Assembly (NCBI GenBank): GCA_965215565.1
Contig: CBDCDZ010000004.1
Span: 1,408,001-1,472,000, forward strand
DNA from: Trueperaceae bacterium
Lineage (GTDB): Bacteria; Deinococcota; Deinococci; Deinococcales; Trueperaceae
Direction: 5' to 3'
DNA length: 64,000 bases
The translations under genes were made by a program, and so were the position numbers. The notes beneath the pieces were generated by a model that saw only the letters and a list, made by a program, of their open reading frames with translations, ran no database searches and was not told the origin of the DNA. Position 1 is the first letter of the stretch. Every line of letters starts with the position of its first letter. Shown here piece by piece: positions 1 through 7,533 of this stretch.

Positions 1-143
1 TCCTTCGCCGCCCACGCCTCGCCAAAGTCCCAGTCGTAAAAGCTCAGCACGAGCGAGTTGTACAAGGGGACCATCAGCCCGAGCGCCAGGATGGTCACAG
101 CGGGGAGGAGAAACAAATAGGGGACGAAGCGGTTTGTTCTCAT
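1..143 (-). CDS. Carbohydrate ABC transporter permease, 5' part (runs off window)
   Basis: Manual translation from ATG at 143: MRTNRFVPYLFLLPAVTILALGLMVPLYNSLVLSFYDWDFG, a typical MalF-type N-terminus; lies downstream of the sugar-binding protein gene. Confidence 0.8.
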   Translation of the reverse strand, partial: MRTNRFVPYLFLLPAVTILALGLMVPLYNSLVLSFYDWDFGEAWAAK

Positions 144-260
144 AAAGTTTTCTCGTGGGTTCTTCCGTGTGAAATTCTGCGGTTATGGAGCATTAAGAAC
201 CTTAGATATTTGGGGGATTTCTTTTGGTGTGGGCTCGGGGGACGAGGTGGGCGGCGCGTA

Positions 261-288
261 GTAGGGGCGATTCATGAATCGCCCCTAC
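261..288. repeat. REP-like GTAG palindrome
   Basis: gtaggggcgattcatgaatcgcccctac, a perfect palindrome; related copies at 3544-3573 and 63143-63169. Confidence 0.75.
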
Positions 289-328
289 GGAGTAGCGCAG
301 CATTACAATTGCAGTTGATGCGACGCCC

Positions 329-1666
329 TTACTGGTCCGTCCAGCTATAGTAGCCCTCACGTGCCAAAAGCTCGCGAATGCGCTCGTTCGCGCTGTTCAT
401 CGCTTCGGCGATGGATTTTTGTCCGGTCAAGGCGGCGGAGATTTCCTCACCCAAGATGGGCGCGTTCATAGCGGGCCACTCGGGAATGAGCGGACGCCAG
501 TCGGGGTCGGCGCACTCTAACTGCTCTAACACAACTGGAAACTCGGGGCGCATCGCCTGAAGCTCCTCGTTCGCAAGCGTGGACATCCTCATCGGATTAC
601 CACCCGCTTCTACCACCATCTGGTCGCCCATCTTGCTCGTGAACCACTGGATAAAGAGCCACGCGGCTTCCTTGTTCTCTGAATTCGAGGGAATCCCCAT
701 TGCGAAGCCGCCCGTCTCGCTGCCGCACTCGGCGGCGGTGGGGTGGAGCGCGTAGCCGACGTTGCCGACAATCGTGGAGGTCTCGGGATTATCCGCCATC
801 GGCGCAATCGCCATGCGGTCTAGGTAAATCGCGGCGTCACCCTGCAAAAAGGCGGCGTCTTGCTCGCCTGCGCCGTTGGCTTCTGCGCCTGGGGGGGCGT
901 TCTCGAGGATCGTCTTGAGCACCTGCGCCGCTTCAATCGCCTCGGGGCTATTCACCACCGGGTTAAAGTTGTCGTCCAAAACCGTCCCGCCCAAAGGCGA
1001 GAGGTGGAGGAGCCAAGCGTGCACCACTTGGTGCCCCGCCGAGCCGCGCGTCGTGATGCCGTAGACATCGGGAACGTTCTCGGTGATAAACGCAGCCGTT
1101 TCTAAAAGCTCGTCATACGTAGTAGGGACCTCTAAGTCGTACTCCTCGAAGATGTCCGTGCGGTACGCCAAGATGCTCGTCTCGGGGCTGAAAGGAATGC
1201 CGTAAAGGGACGCGCCGGGACCATCCAAGTACCCTTTACGCCCACCGGACTTGCCGCCGTTCGTGAGGTAAGCCGGAACGACGTCCTCGATGTCATAGTC
1301 GGGCATGGAGAGGCGCGGGTCGTTCAAAAAGGGCGCGAGCGGTGTAAGCCAGCCGTTGTCCACGTATTCATTCTTGGTGAAGACCACCCAAGAGACGACA
1401 TCTAAGTCACCCGAGTTGGGCTTAGAAATTTCGGTAATCTGGCGGTCTTTCATGTTGAGGTACTGGGTCAAGTCGAGTTCGACCTCGATGCCCGTCTCCT
1501 CGGTGAACTGCGGGATGAGCGTGGCGGCGTTTTCGAAGTGCGCCAGCGCGGGCCAGCTCACTACAATCGTCGTGCCGTCAAACTCCTCGTAAGGCTGGGC
1601 GAAGCTAAAGCTTAATAAAGAGGTCAGTCCCACCACTAACAAGAGAACTTCGCGGACGTGCGTCAT
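329..1666 (-). CDS. Sugar ABC transporter substrate-binding protein
   Basis: Signal peptide; FTEETGIEV, YRTDIFEEYDLEVPTTYDEL and SENKEAAWLFIQW motifs of family-1 SBPs. Confidence 0.9.
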   Translation of the reverse strand: MTHVREVLLLVVGLTSLLSFSFAQPYEEFDGTTIVVSWPALAHFENAATLIPQFTEETGIEVELDLTQYLNMKDRQITEISKPNSGDLDVVSWVVFTKNEYVDNGWLTPLAPFLNDPRLSMPDYDIEDVVPAYLTNGGKSGGRKGYLDGPGASLYGIPFSPETSILAYRTDIFEEYDLEVPTTYDELLETAAFITENVPDVYGITTRGSAGHQVVHAWLLHLSPLGGTVLDDNFNPVVNSPEAIEAAQVLKTILENAPPGAEANGAGEQDAAFLQGDAAIYLDRMAIAPMADNPETSTIVGNVGYALHPTAAECGSETGGFAMGIPSNSENKEAAWLFIQWFTSKMGDQMVVEAGGNPMRMSTLANEELQAMRPEFPVVLEQLECADPDWRPLIPEWPAMNAPILGEEISAALTGQKSIAEAMNSANERIRELLAREGYYSWTDQ

Positions 1667-1805
1667 CTTTTCTCCTTTGCTGCCGTGCCTCTATTCGTGC
1701 ACCGCGCGTGCTACCTAATTTTTGTGTGCCCAAAACAGTATAAGTTATCTTTTTCACTACCAACGTTATCCCCGTCTACGATTGCTGTCGCCGACTATCA
1801 CCTCT

Positions 1806-2870
1806 CTATAAAAGCGCCTTGAAGGGCAAGTCGGGCTCTTCACTAAACGCATCTTCGAAGCCGCGCCGATAGTTGAACACGAGCCTATCTTTGTCCACGG
1901 GGTGCGTATATCTGCCGCCGACTTGCCAGATGAAGGGCTTAAAAGCGTATTGATGACGCTCACGGCGCATCTTCCAAAGCGTCAAAATCTCGTCTGTATT
2001 CGCCTGAAAGTTCGTCCAGATGTCGTGATGCACGGGGATGACCACTTCAGCGTCCAGTCCTTCCGCCATCTTCAAGAGGTCCACAGCCGTCATCTTGTCG
2101 GTCATGCCGCGCGGATTATCCCCGAACGAGCCGAGCGCCACGTCGATGTGGTGATCGTTGCCGTGCTTCGTGTAGTAGTTCGAATAGTGCGAGTCGCCGC
2201 TATGATAGAGATTGCCACCGGACGTCTTAACGAGGTAGTTGACCGCACGCTCGTCCATCTCCAAAACGGGCTGGTCTTTAAGGGTTACGTCAGCGGTTGT
2301 CGTGACGAGTTCGGTGCGGTCGAAGGATTCGAGCACAACAAGCTCCACGTCCTTAATCTGCAACGTATCACCCGGTTTCACCACCACGCACCGCTCCTCG
2401 GGCACGCCCCAAGCTAGCCACTTGTCCACACAGGTGCGCGGTCCGATGAACTGTACGGACGGGTCGCAGTTCTGCATCACGGCGGCGGCGACGTTCGGGT
2501 CGATGTGGTCGCTGTGGTCGTGGGTGGCGAGCACGGCGTCTATCTCGCGGACGGCGAAGGGGTCCAAGACGCAGACCGAGTTGCGCAAGTTCGGCTGGAT
2601 GAGCTTCGCGCCAATCGCGCGGCGGTGCTGATGCCCTTCGCGCATCGTTTTGACCTTTTGCGTGCGCTTGCCGCTGCCTACCCAGAGATCGAAACAGAGG
2701 TTCGCACCGCCCTCGGTTTTAAGCCAGATGCCCGTGCAGCCCAGCCACCACATCGCGAAGGTGCCGGGGTCAACCTCGGTTTGCTCAATCTCTTCGTTGA
2801 GCCACGTGCCCCACTCGGGAAAGGTGTCTAAAATCCAAGATTCCCTGGTGATTTCGTCTACTTTGCTCAA
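1806..2870 (-). CDS. ulaG: L-ascorbate-6-phosphate lactonase (metallo-beta-lactamase fold)
   Basis: [45 protein letters not shown] and PVHHDIW are characteristic of UlaG. Confidence 0.93.
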   Translation of the reverse strand: MSKVDEITRESWILDTFPEWGTWLNEEIEQTEVDPGTFAMWWLGCTGIWLKTEGGANLCFDLWVGSGKRTQKVKTMREGHQHRRAIGAKLIQPNLRNSVCVLDPFAVREIDAVLATHDHSDHIDPNVAAAVMQNCDPSVQFIGPRTCVDKWLAWGVPEERCVVVKPGDTLQIKDVELVVLESFDRTELVTTTADVTLKDQPVLEMDERAVNYLVKTSGGNLYHSGDSHYSNYYTKHGNDHHIDVALGSFGDNPRGMTDKMTAVDLLKMAEGLDAEVVIPVHHDIWTNFQANTDEILTLWKMRRERHQYAFKPFIWQVGGRYTHPVDKDRLVFNYRRGFEDAFSEEPDLPFKALL

Positions 2871-2960
2871 ACTTCACCTCTTGCTGTCTGCGTCTATCAA
2901 TCTGCCGCTAGAGAAGGCGTTTTTCTTGAATAGGGCACTCGAGTTTATATGTTCACAAAC

Positions 2961-3022
2961 AGAATATCGACTCAGCAGAGGCACGTCAACACATCTACTC
3001 ATAATTTTGCACATATGTTCAA
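2961..3022 (-). promoter_or_regulatory. ulaG operon promoter with SorC/DeoR-like operator
   Basis: Minus strand TTGACG-17-TATTCT (2989-2961); imperfect palindrome ttgcacatatgttcaa at 3007-3022. Confidence 0.55.
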
Positions 3023-3040
3023 ATGCTCAGTAGTCCAGCG

Positions 3041-3133
3041 TGATACCCTTTCCGGTTGATTCCTAAAAGAATCAACCCAAGCGTAGCGAGTAGAAACAGC
3101 GACGGATTCCGGTGAGTAACGGAATCCGTATGA
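3041..3133. repeat. Deinococcus-type small dispersed repeat, copy 1
   Basis: Starts tgataccctttccggt and ends acggattccggtgagtaacggaatccgtatga; near-identical ends at 55451-55635. Confidence 0.75.
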
Positions 3134-3203
3134 GATATACCTCTTGGGTCTCGAGACAATTTTCATCTTGAGATTTCGGCTAGAATCCTATGCTGGGGCA
3201 ATT

Positions 3204-3539
3204 ATGAATAGACCTATGAACAATCCTCCAAACCTAGACCACTTCCGGGGCACGCGGCGCAGCATCTTAACGCTTATATGCGGCGTCGCGATCGGCTTCG
3301 CGGCGAGTTCCGACACACCGCTTCTCTTGGGCGTCGCCTGGCTCTTCGCCGCGTTCGCTTACGCTGAAAAAAGCTACCTTGACGAGCAGTACTCGAGGGC
3401 CATCACACTGTGGACGCTCGGCGTCGCCGGCTTAGCGGGAGCGCTGCTGGTGCAGCAGCAGTATCTGGCGGGAGCCATACTTGGCGCGTTAGCGGCAGGT
3501 TACGCGCTGCAAGCCTGGCGGGAGAGGGCGCAAGTGTAG
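3204..3539 (+). CDS. Small hypothetical membrane protein
   Basis: About four hydrophobic segments; likely ATG at 3204 or 3216 within ORF 3144..3539. Confidence 0.65.
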   Translation: MNRPMNNPPNLDHFRGTRRSILTLICGVAIGFAASSDTPLLLGVAWLFAAFAYAEKSYLDEQYSRAITLWTLGVAGLAGALLVQQQYLAGAILGALAAGYALQAWRERAQV

Positions 3540-3543
3540 CAAA

Positions 3544-3573
3544 TGCAGGGGCGATTCATAAGTCGCCCCTGCA
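3544..3573. repeat. REP-like palindrome / possible terminator
   Basis: tgcaggggcgattcataagtcgcccctgca, related to 261-288. Confidence 0.65.
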
Positions 3574-3655
3574 CCGCGCAATCCCTCGTTAGGGAAGATA
3601 ATTGTGCGAAATTCAAAGAGGTTGAACAATACCCGCTTAATGAAGATTGTGGTGC

Positions 3656-3684
3656 TTGACACTCTACGTGAGGTTTGCTACACT
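3656..3684 (+). promoter_or_regulatory. Sigma70-type promoter of the Y RNA/tRNA-rsr-rtcB locus
   Basis: TTGACA-17-TACACT with extended -10 TG; predicted start falls at about 3691-3693, the 5' end of the first Y-like unit. Confidence 0.75.
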
Positions 3685-3692
3685 TCTAATTC

Positions 3693-3760
3693 GCGGACCG
3701 AAGAGACTTCGTTACCTGACTTTCCCTCAGACCTAACCCGAAGTTTCATGCCTCGTCCGC
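3693..3760 (+). ncRNA. Y RNA-like unit 1 (minimal, no tRNA body)
   Basis: gcggacCgaagagacttcgttacc...cgaagtttcatgcctcgtccgc: terminal bulged stem plus second helix and shared GTTA(T)C motif; pyrimidine-rich loop. Confidence 0.65.
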
Positions 3761-3978
3761 CAATCTTTGAGAAAGGGAGACACTCACCGCTTGTGAGGTC
3801 GTGGACGCTATGAATAAACATTTTGTACAACCCGAACACGGCTCCATCCTGAGCGCCGAGTCCACCTGGTTACTCCAGCGTGATTCGCGGCGAGCATAAG
3901 GATATTAAGGTGAGTTGGACCCTTCGAATACTCTTAACCCCTAAAAACTGAATAGTACTCACCTTAATTTGGAGCAAT

Positions 3979-4115
3979 AAACGGGCCGAAGATGTTTCGT
4001 TATCTTGACTATGGAGTCCTGCAGGTTCAAATCCTGCCTCATCTTCGGATGAGTGGCGGAACTGGTAGACGCGAGAGAGCTTAGCTCTTATCGAAACGTC
4101 ATCCCTTGCCCGTTT
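3979..4115 (+). ncRNA. Y RNA-like unit 2 (YrlA-like, permuted tRNA-Leu-like body)
   Basis: aaacgggcCga.../cttgcccgttt stem; inside: hairpin gact-atgg-agtc, T arm gcagg-ttcaaat-cctgc, closed acceptor ctcatc-ttcg-gatgag, Leu-type D arm tggcggaactggtagacgc, hairpin with cttag loop. Confidence 0.85.
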
Positions 4116-4231
4116 TTATAAGCAGTCCTACTGCATGTCTTGAAGACAATGCGAGTGCCACCACTGAATAAGCAGATCGGTGTGGCGCTTCTCATCTCAA
4201 AAATATGCGTAGGCAGAGGATACTTATGTCT

Positions 4232-4479
4232 GAAGGAGTTGCCTAAATGGGAGGGCGCAGCAAAAACATTCGGAGGCTGTCGCAAGCAGCGGGAGTACGA
4301 CTTGCTCTTTGGACGGGCGCATCGCGCCTAAACGTCTGAAGTGTGAGGTGCACGCCACAAGGTTTACAGATTGCACCTATAGCGGCCTACGGAAGTAGGT
4401 GGGACAAAGCAGCAAGGGAAGCAGGTTTTCCAAGGTGTGCTTTGCGTACTCTGTGCGGGTTCGAGTCCCGTCTCCTTCA
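4232..4479 (+). ncRNA. tRNA-like RNA with ~170-nt structured insertion in the anticodon arm
   Basis: Acceptor gaaggag/ctccttc-A, D arm gcctaaatgggagggc, T arm gcggg-ttcgagt-cccgt; about six hairpins between the D and T arms. Confidence 0.65.
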
Positions 4480-4532
4480 CTACTAGCACTGAGGTTTTTC
4501 GTCTTCTATTACGCTTATGGAGTTATTCGTCA

Positions 4533-4708
4533 GATGGACCGAAGAGGTTTCGTTGTCGCACCCGTCAGGATTATGGTTCGCGGCTGAGCGGTAGGGCGCT
4601 GCAACTCGAGCAGAACCAAGTAAGGCGAAAGGCTGCGCTTGCCCTAGTTGCAGAGAGGGTTCGAGTCCCCCAGTTCACAATCTAGCGGAGCTTCACACCT
4701 TGTCCATC
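4533..4708 (+). ncRNA. Y RNA-like unit 3 (unpermuted tRNA-like insert)
   Basis: gatggacCgaagaggtttcgttgtc.../cggagcttcacaccttgtccatc; inside, in linear order: D-like arm, long ctgcaact/agttgcag stem, T arm gggttcgagtccc. Confidence 0.7.
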
Positions 4709-4720
4709 CTTATTACGTTT

Positions 4721-4793
4721 GGTGCCATCGTTTAGCGGTCTAGGACTCGAGCCTTTCACGTTCGCAACAGGGGTTCAAATCCCCTTGGCACTA
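4721..4793 (+). tRNA. tRNA-Glu(TTC), CCA not encoded
   Basis: GGTGCCA/TGGCACT acceptor, anticodon arm CGAGC-CTTTCAC-GTTCG, T arm AGGGG-TTCAAAT-CCCCT. Confidence 0.88.
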
Positions 4794-4810
4794 TCAAACT
4801 CCTCGCTTAT

Positions 4811-4942
4811 ATGTGGGCCGAAGCGTGTCCGTTATCGACTTCTAATCGGCGGGTCGCGGGTTCGAATCCTGCCTGACACCATGCGTGGTGTCAGTAGCTC
4901 AGTGGCAGAGCAGCTTTCGGGCATACACAATCTTGCCCACAT
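4811..4942 (+). ncRNA. Y RNA-like unit 4 (permuted Lys/Arg-like tRNA body, TCT loop)
   Basis: atgtgggcCga/cttgcccacat; cga-cttctaa-tcg anticodon-like hairpin, T arm gcggg-ttcgaat-cctgc, closed acceptor ctgacacca-tgcg-tggtgtcag, D arm tagctcagtggcagagc. Confidence 0.88.
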
Positions 4943-4946
4943 CTTT

Positions 4947-5020
4947 AGCGCCATCGTCTAACGGCAAGACTCGAGACTTTGACTCTCGTAATAGAGGTTC
5001 GAATCCTCTTGGCGCTTCCA
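4947..5020 (+). tRNA. tRNA-Gln(TTG), atypical A1-U72/U73
   Basis: AGCGCCA/TGGCGCT-T-CCA, anticodon arm CGAGA-CTTTGAC-TCTCG, T arm AGAGG-TTCGAAT-CCTCT. Confidence 0.88.
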
Positions 5021-5034
5021 TATTCTTCTCGCCT

Positions 5035-5108
5035 GGTGCCATCGTCTAACGGCAGGATTCCTGGTTCTTACCCAGAGGATAGAGGTTCGAATCCTCTTGG
5101 CACCACCA
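5035..5108 (+). tRNA. tRNA with CTT (Lys) anticodon on a Glu/Gln-type body
   Basis: GGTGCCA/TGGCACC-A-CCA, anticodon arm CCTGG-TTCTTAC-CCAGA (C.A mismatch at top), T arm identical and D arm nearly identical to the neighbouring tRNA-Gln. Confidence 0.8.
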
Positions 5109-5109
5109 C

Positions 5110-5237
5110 AACTAAGCCGAAGGGCGTTCGTTATCGGTCAGAGCCCCCGAAAGGGGAGGTCGCTGGTTCAACTCCAGCCTAGCCGCAAGGCTCAGTAGCT
5201 CAGGGAAACAACGCGAATGTCCACCCCTTGCTTAGTT
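5110..5237 (+). ncRNA. Y RNA-like unit 5 (tRNA body opened in the D loop)
   Basis: aactaagcCga/cttgcttagtt; order inside: ggtcagagc (3' D half), cccc-gaaa-gggg, aggtc, T arm gctgg-ttcaact-ccagc, agcc-gcaa-ggct, tagctcag (5' D half). Confidence 0.85.
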
Positions 5238-5248
5238 TTTCTATCAAG

Positions 5249-5490
5249 AGCGAGCCGATTGGGTTTCGTTATCGCCTGTCACGCTGGCGGTGCAGGTTCA
5301 GGAGCCTTCAGCAGCAGATGCTAACTGGTTATAGATGCGCTGGGTTCATAACGGGATGCTACCCGTCGCGTGGACTGCTCCCGCTAGATGCTGATGACTC
5401 CTTCCCACCTAGCGAGAGCTAGTCGTCTAATGGTTAGGACACCAAGTCGGAAGCAATCTCGACATACCGGAGCCCGCCACCTTGCTCGCT
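5249..5490 (+). ncRNA. Y RNA-like unit 6 (permuted Asp-like body with ~110-nt T-loop insertion)
   Basis: agcgagcCga..tttcgttatc/cttgctcgct; gc-ctgtcac-gc loop, gcaggttca followed by ggag...ctcc insertion, ctagc-gaga-gctag, D arm gtctaatggttaggac. Confidence 0.72.
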
Positions 5491-5499
5491 TTATTTTGT

Positions 5500-5601
5500 A
5501 ACGGGCCGACGCAGTTCGGTTATCACAGGTTCGATTCTTGTTGGACCCATACGCGGGTCCACGCCTATGGAGGCAAGCTCGAGCTGTCCCTCTTGCCCGT
5601 T
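5500..5601 (+). ncRNA. Y RNA-like unit 7 (canonical YrlA architecture)
   Basis: aacgggcCga/cttgcccgtt; T arm acagg-ttcgatt-cttgt, closed acceptor tggaccc/gggtcca, small D arm gcct-atgg-aggc. Confidence 0.85.
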
Positions 5602-5656
5602 TATCTTACGCGGATAGGTCGCTGAGTTCTTCTCAAATCCTTTCACCTGTTCGCTT

Positions 5657-5777
5657 TATAAAGGCAGCTTCTAAAGAATAACTGAGGCTGTATCAAGCAG
5701 GCATCATCTTTTGAGCGTGCGTGCTAACTGATGTTCTTTTCGGTGAGCGCGTTTGTGACCAGATGCTACCTGCTTGA
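5657..5777 (-). mobile_element. MITE-like dispersed repeat (short type), immediately upstream of the rsr RBS
   Basis: Reverse complement aligns by eye to 49037-49151: agcaggta.catctggt, ctcac, agaaca, tagcacgcac, gatgat. Confidence 0.6.
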
Positions 5778-5792
5778 GGGAGGTGCTCAACG

Positions 5793-7385
5793 ATGCAAAA
5801 GTTCCATAAGCTCTTCTCACCCACCAAGACGGCGCAAAACCGTCCGCTGGATAGGTCGCAAATCAAGAATAGCGCGGGCGGGTACGTCTGGGCGCTGGAC
5901 CCGTGGAAGAGGCTCGAGCGCTTCCTCATCTTGGGGACGGAGGGCGGCACCTTTTACGTCCGCGAAGCGCCTCTTACGGTAGAGAACGCTGAAAACGTCG
6001 TCAAGCTCCTCACGGAAGATGGTGTCCGCGTCGTCGAGCGAGTCGTAGAGGTCAGCACGCAAGGTCGCGCCCACAAGAATGACCCGGCGCTCTTCGCCCT
6101 GGCGCTCGCGTTCACGGTAGGTGACGTGGACACAAAGCGTGCGGCGGAAGCGGCGCTGCCTAAGGTGGCGCGTACCGGCACGCACCTCTTCACCCTCATG
6201 ACCTACGTGAGCGAGATGCGCGGTTGGGGTCGTGTGCTGCGCCGTGCGGTGGCGGGTTGGTACGCCACTAGGGACGTGCAAGCCCTCGCGTACGGCGTGA
6301 CCAAGTACGCTCAGCGCGGCGGCTGGACGCACCGAGACGCCCTGCGTTTGGCGCACCCTAAGACGGATGACGCCGAGCGTGACGCGCTGTACCGTTACGT
6401 CACGGGGCACGGCGACAAGCTGAAGGAGGTGAGCGGCGAATGGGTTGACTACTTAAAGGCAGTCGAAGCAGTGAAGACCGAAACGGACGTGCAAGCGGTC
6501 GTGGACGCCATCACGCGCTACAACTTGCCGAGAGAGGTCATCCCCACCGAGATGCTCCGCAAGAGCGAAGTCTGGTCAGCGCTCCTGGCGCGTATGCCTA
6601 TGACTGCGACGATTCGCAACCTCGCGACGATGACCCGCGTCGGCTTGCTCACATCCATGAGTGAAGCTGCGGACGTTGTGACAGAGCGCATCACGGACGA
6701 AAAGGCGCTCCGCAAGACAAGGGTCCACCCCATCGCCATCCTCGCCGCGCTGATGACCTATAGCGCAGGGCGCGGCGCAAGAGGTAAGGGAACGTGGGAG
6801 CCCGTGCAAGAGGTTGTGAACGCACTCGACACCGCGTTCTACCGTTCGTTTGAGAACGTCGTGCCGATGGGCAAGCGCATCCTCATGGGGCTGGACGTAT
6901 CCGGCTCGATGACCTGGGGTGAAGTGGGTGGCGTACCCGGTCTGACGCCCCGCGTTGCAAGCGCTGCGCTCGCGCTGGTCACGGCGGCGACTGAACCTAA
7001 GCACACATTCATGGCGTTCTCGCATGAACTCGTGCCCGTCAAGATTTCGCCGCGTCAACGGCTGGACGACGTGGTGAAGCAACTGGACAGGATGCCTTTC
7101 GGCGGGACGGACGCCTCGCTGCCGATGCTTTACGCGGCGCAGAAGGGGCTCGAGGTTGACGCCTTCGTCGTCTTGACCGACAGCGAGACTTGGTTCGGCA
7201 AGCAGCACCCTGCCGAAGCGTTGCTCGAGTACCGCCGCAAGACGGGCATCCCTGCCAAGCTCATCGTCGTCGGGATGCTTGGCAACCGTTTCACGATTGC
7301 GGACCCGTTTGATGCTGGCATGTTGGACGTGGTCGGGTTCAGCACGGATATACCCACAGTTATTGCGGATTTCATTCGCAAATAG
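5793..7385 (+). CDS. rsr: Ro60 orthologue (TROVE + vWA domain RNA-binding protein)
   Basis: NSAGGYV, RLERFLILGTEGGTFY, KY.QRGGWTHRD.LRLAHP, MPMTATIRNL, DVSGSM (MIDAS), TDSETW, GMLDVVGF; GGAGGT RBS. Confidence 0.97.
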   Translation: MQKFHKLFSPTKTAQNRPLDRSQIKNSAGGYVWALDPWKRLERFLILGTEGGTFYVREAPLTVENAENVVKLLTEDGVRVVERVVEVSTQGRAHKNDPALFALALAFTVGDVDTKRAAEAALPKVARTGTHLFTLMTYVSEMRGWGRVLRRAVAGWYATRDVQALAYGVTKYAQRGGWTHRDALRLAHPKTDDAERDALYRYVTGHGDKLKEVSGEWVDYLKAVEAVKTETDVQAVVDAITRYNLPREVIPTEMLRKSEVWSALLARMPMTATIRNLATMTRVGLLTSMSEAADVVTERITDEKALRKTRVHPIAILAALMTYSAGRGARGKGTWEPVQEVVNALDTAFYRSFENVVPMGKRILMGLDVSGSMTWGEVGGVPGLTPRVASAALALVTAATEPKHTFMAFSHELVPVKISPRQRLDDVVKQLDRMPFGGTDASLPMLYAAQKGLEVDAFVVLTDSETWFGKQHPAEALLEYRRKTGIPAKLIVVGMLGNRFTIADPFDAGMLDVVGFSTDIPTVIADFIRK

Positions 7386-7404
7386 ACCATCAAGCCCTAC
7401 GCTT

Positions 7405-7437
7405 TGGATGGAGGTTTCGAAGTAAAGCCTCCATCCA
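7405..7437 (+). other. Stable hairpin between rsr and rtcB (no U tract)
   Basis: tggatggaggttt...aaagcctccatcca inverted repeat. Confidence 0.6.
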
Positions 7438-7533
7438 CTAGAAAACAGGAGTAATGAAACACCTCTTGAATTCGGAGTCTTTCATTCCAAACTCTACGAA
7501 CCTCTTTCAAACTGTGAATGAAAAGGGTCAGTC

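Noticed and set aside
2948..2964. DdrO/RDRM box (atatgttcacaaacagaa)
   Set aside because: Spacer is one base too long and the site lies at the ulaG promoter, so it is more likely a second SorC/DeoR-type site
4232..4479. tmRNA or group I intron-containing tRNA
   Set aside because: No GGGG 5' end or G3-U70 pair, no evident tag ORF, no recognisable P7 core; insert is short
3604..5422. Short ORFs (60-82 aa) listed across the Y RNA/tRNA array
   Set aside because: No RBS or protein-like composition; they overlap clear tRNA and Y RNA structures
5391..5460. CTGATGA as a hammerhead ribozyme core
   Set aside because: No correctly placed GAAA or stems II/III; the motif is used in the tcagca/tgctga helix
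3693..5601. CRISPR array interpretation of the recurring GCCGAAG...CGTTATC motif
   Set aside because: Repeats are degenerate, irregularly spaced and pair with a distal 3' motif; no cas genes
5693..5777. rsr leader hairpin as an eighth Y RNA or riboswitch
   Set aside because: Lacks the Ro stem motif and aligns with the dispersed MITE-like family
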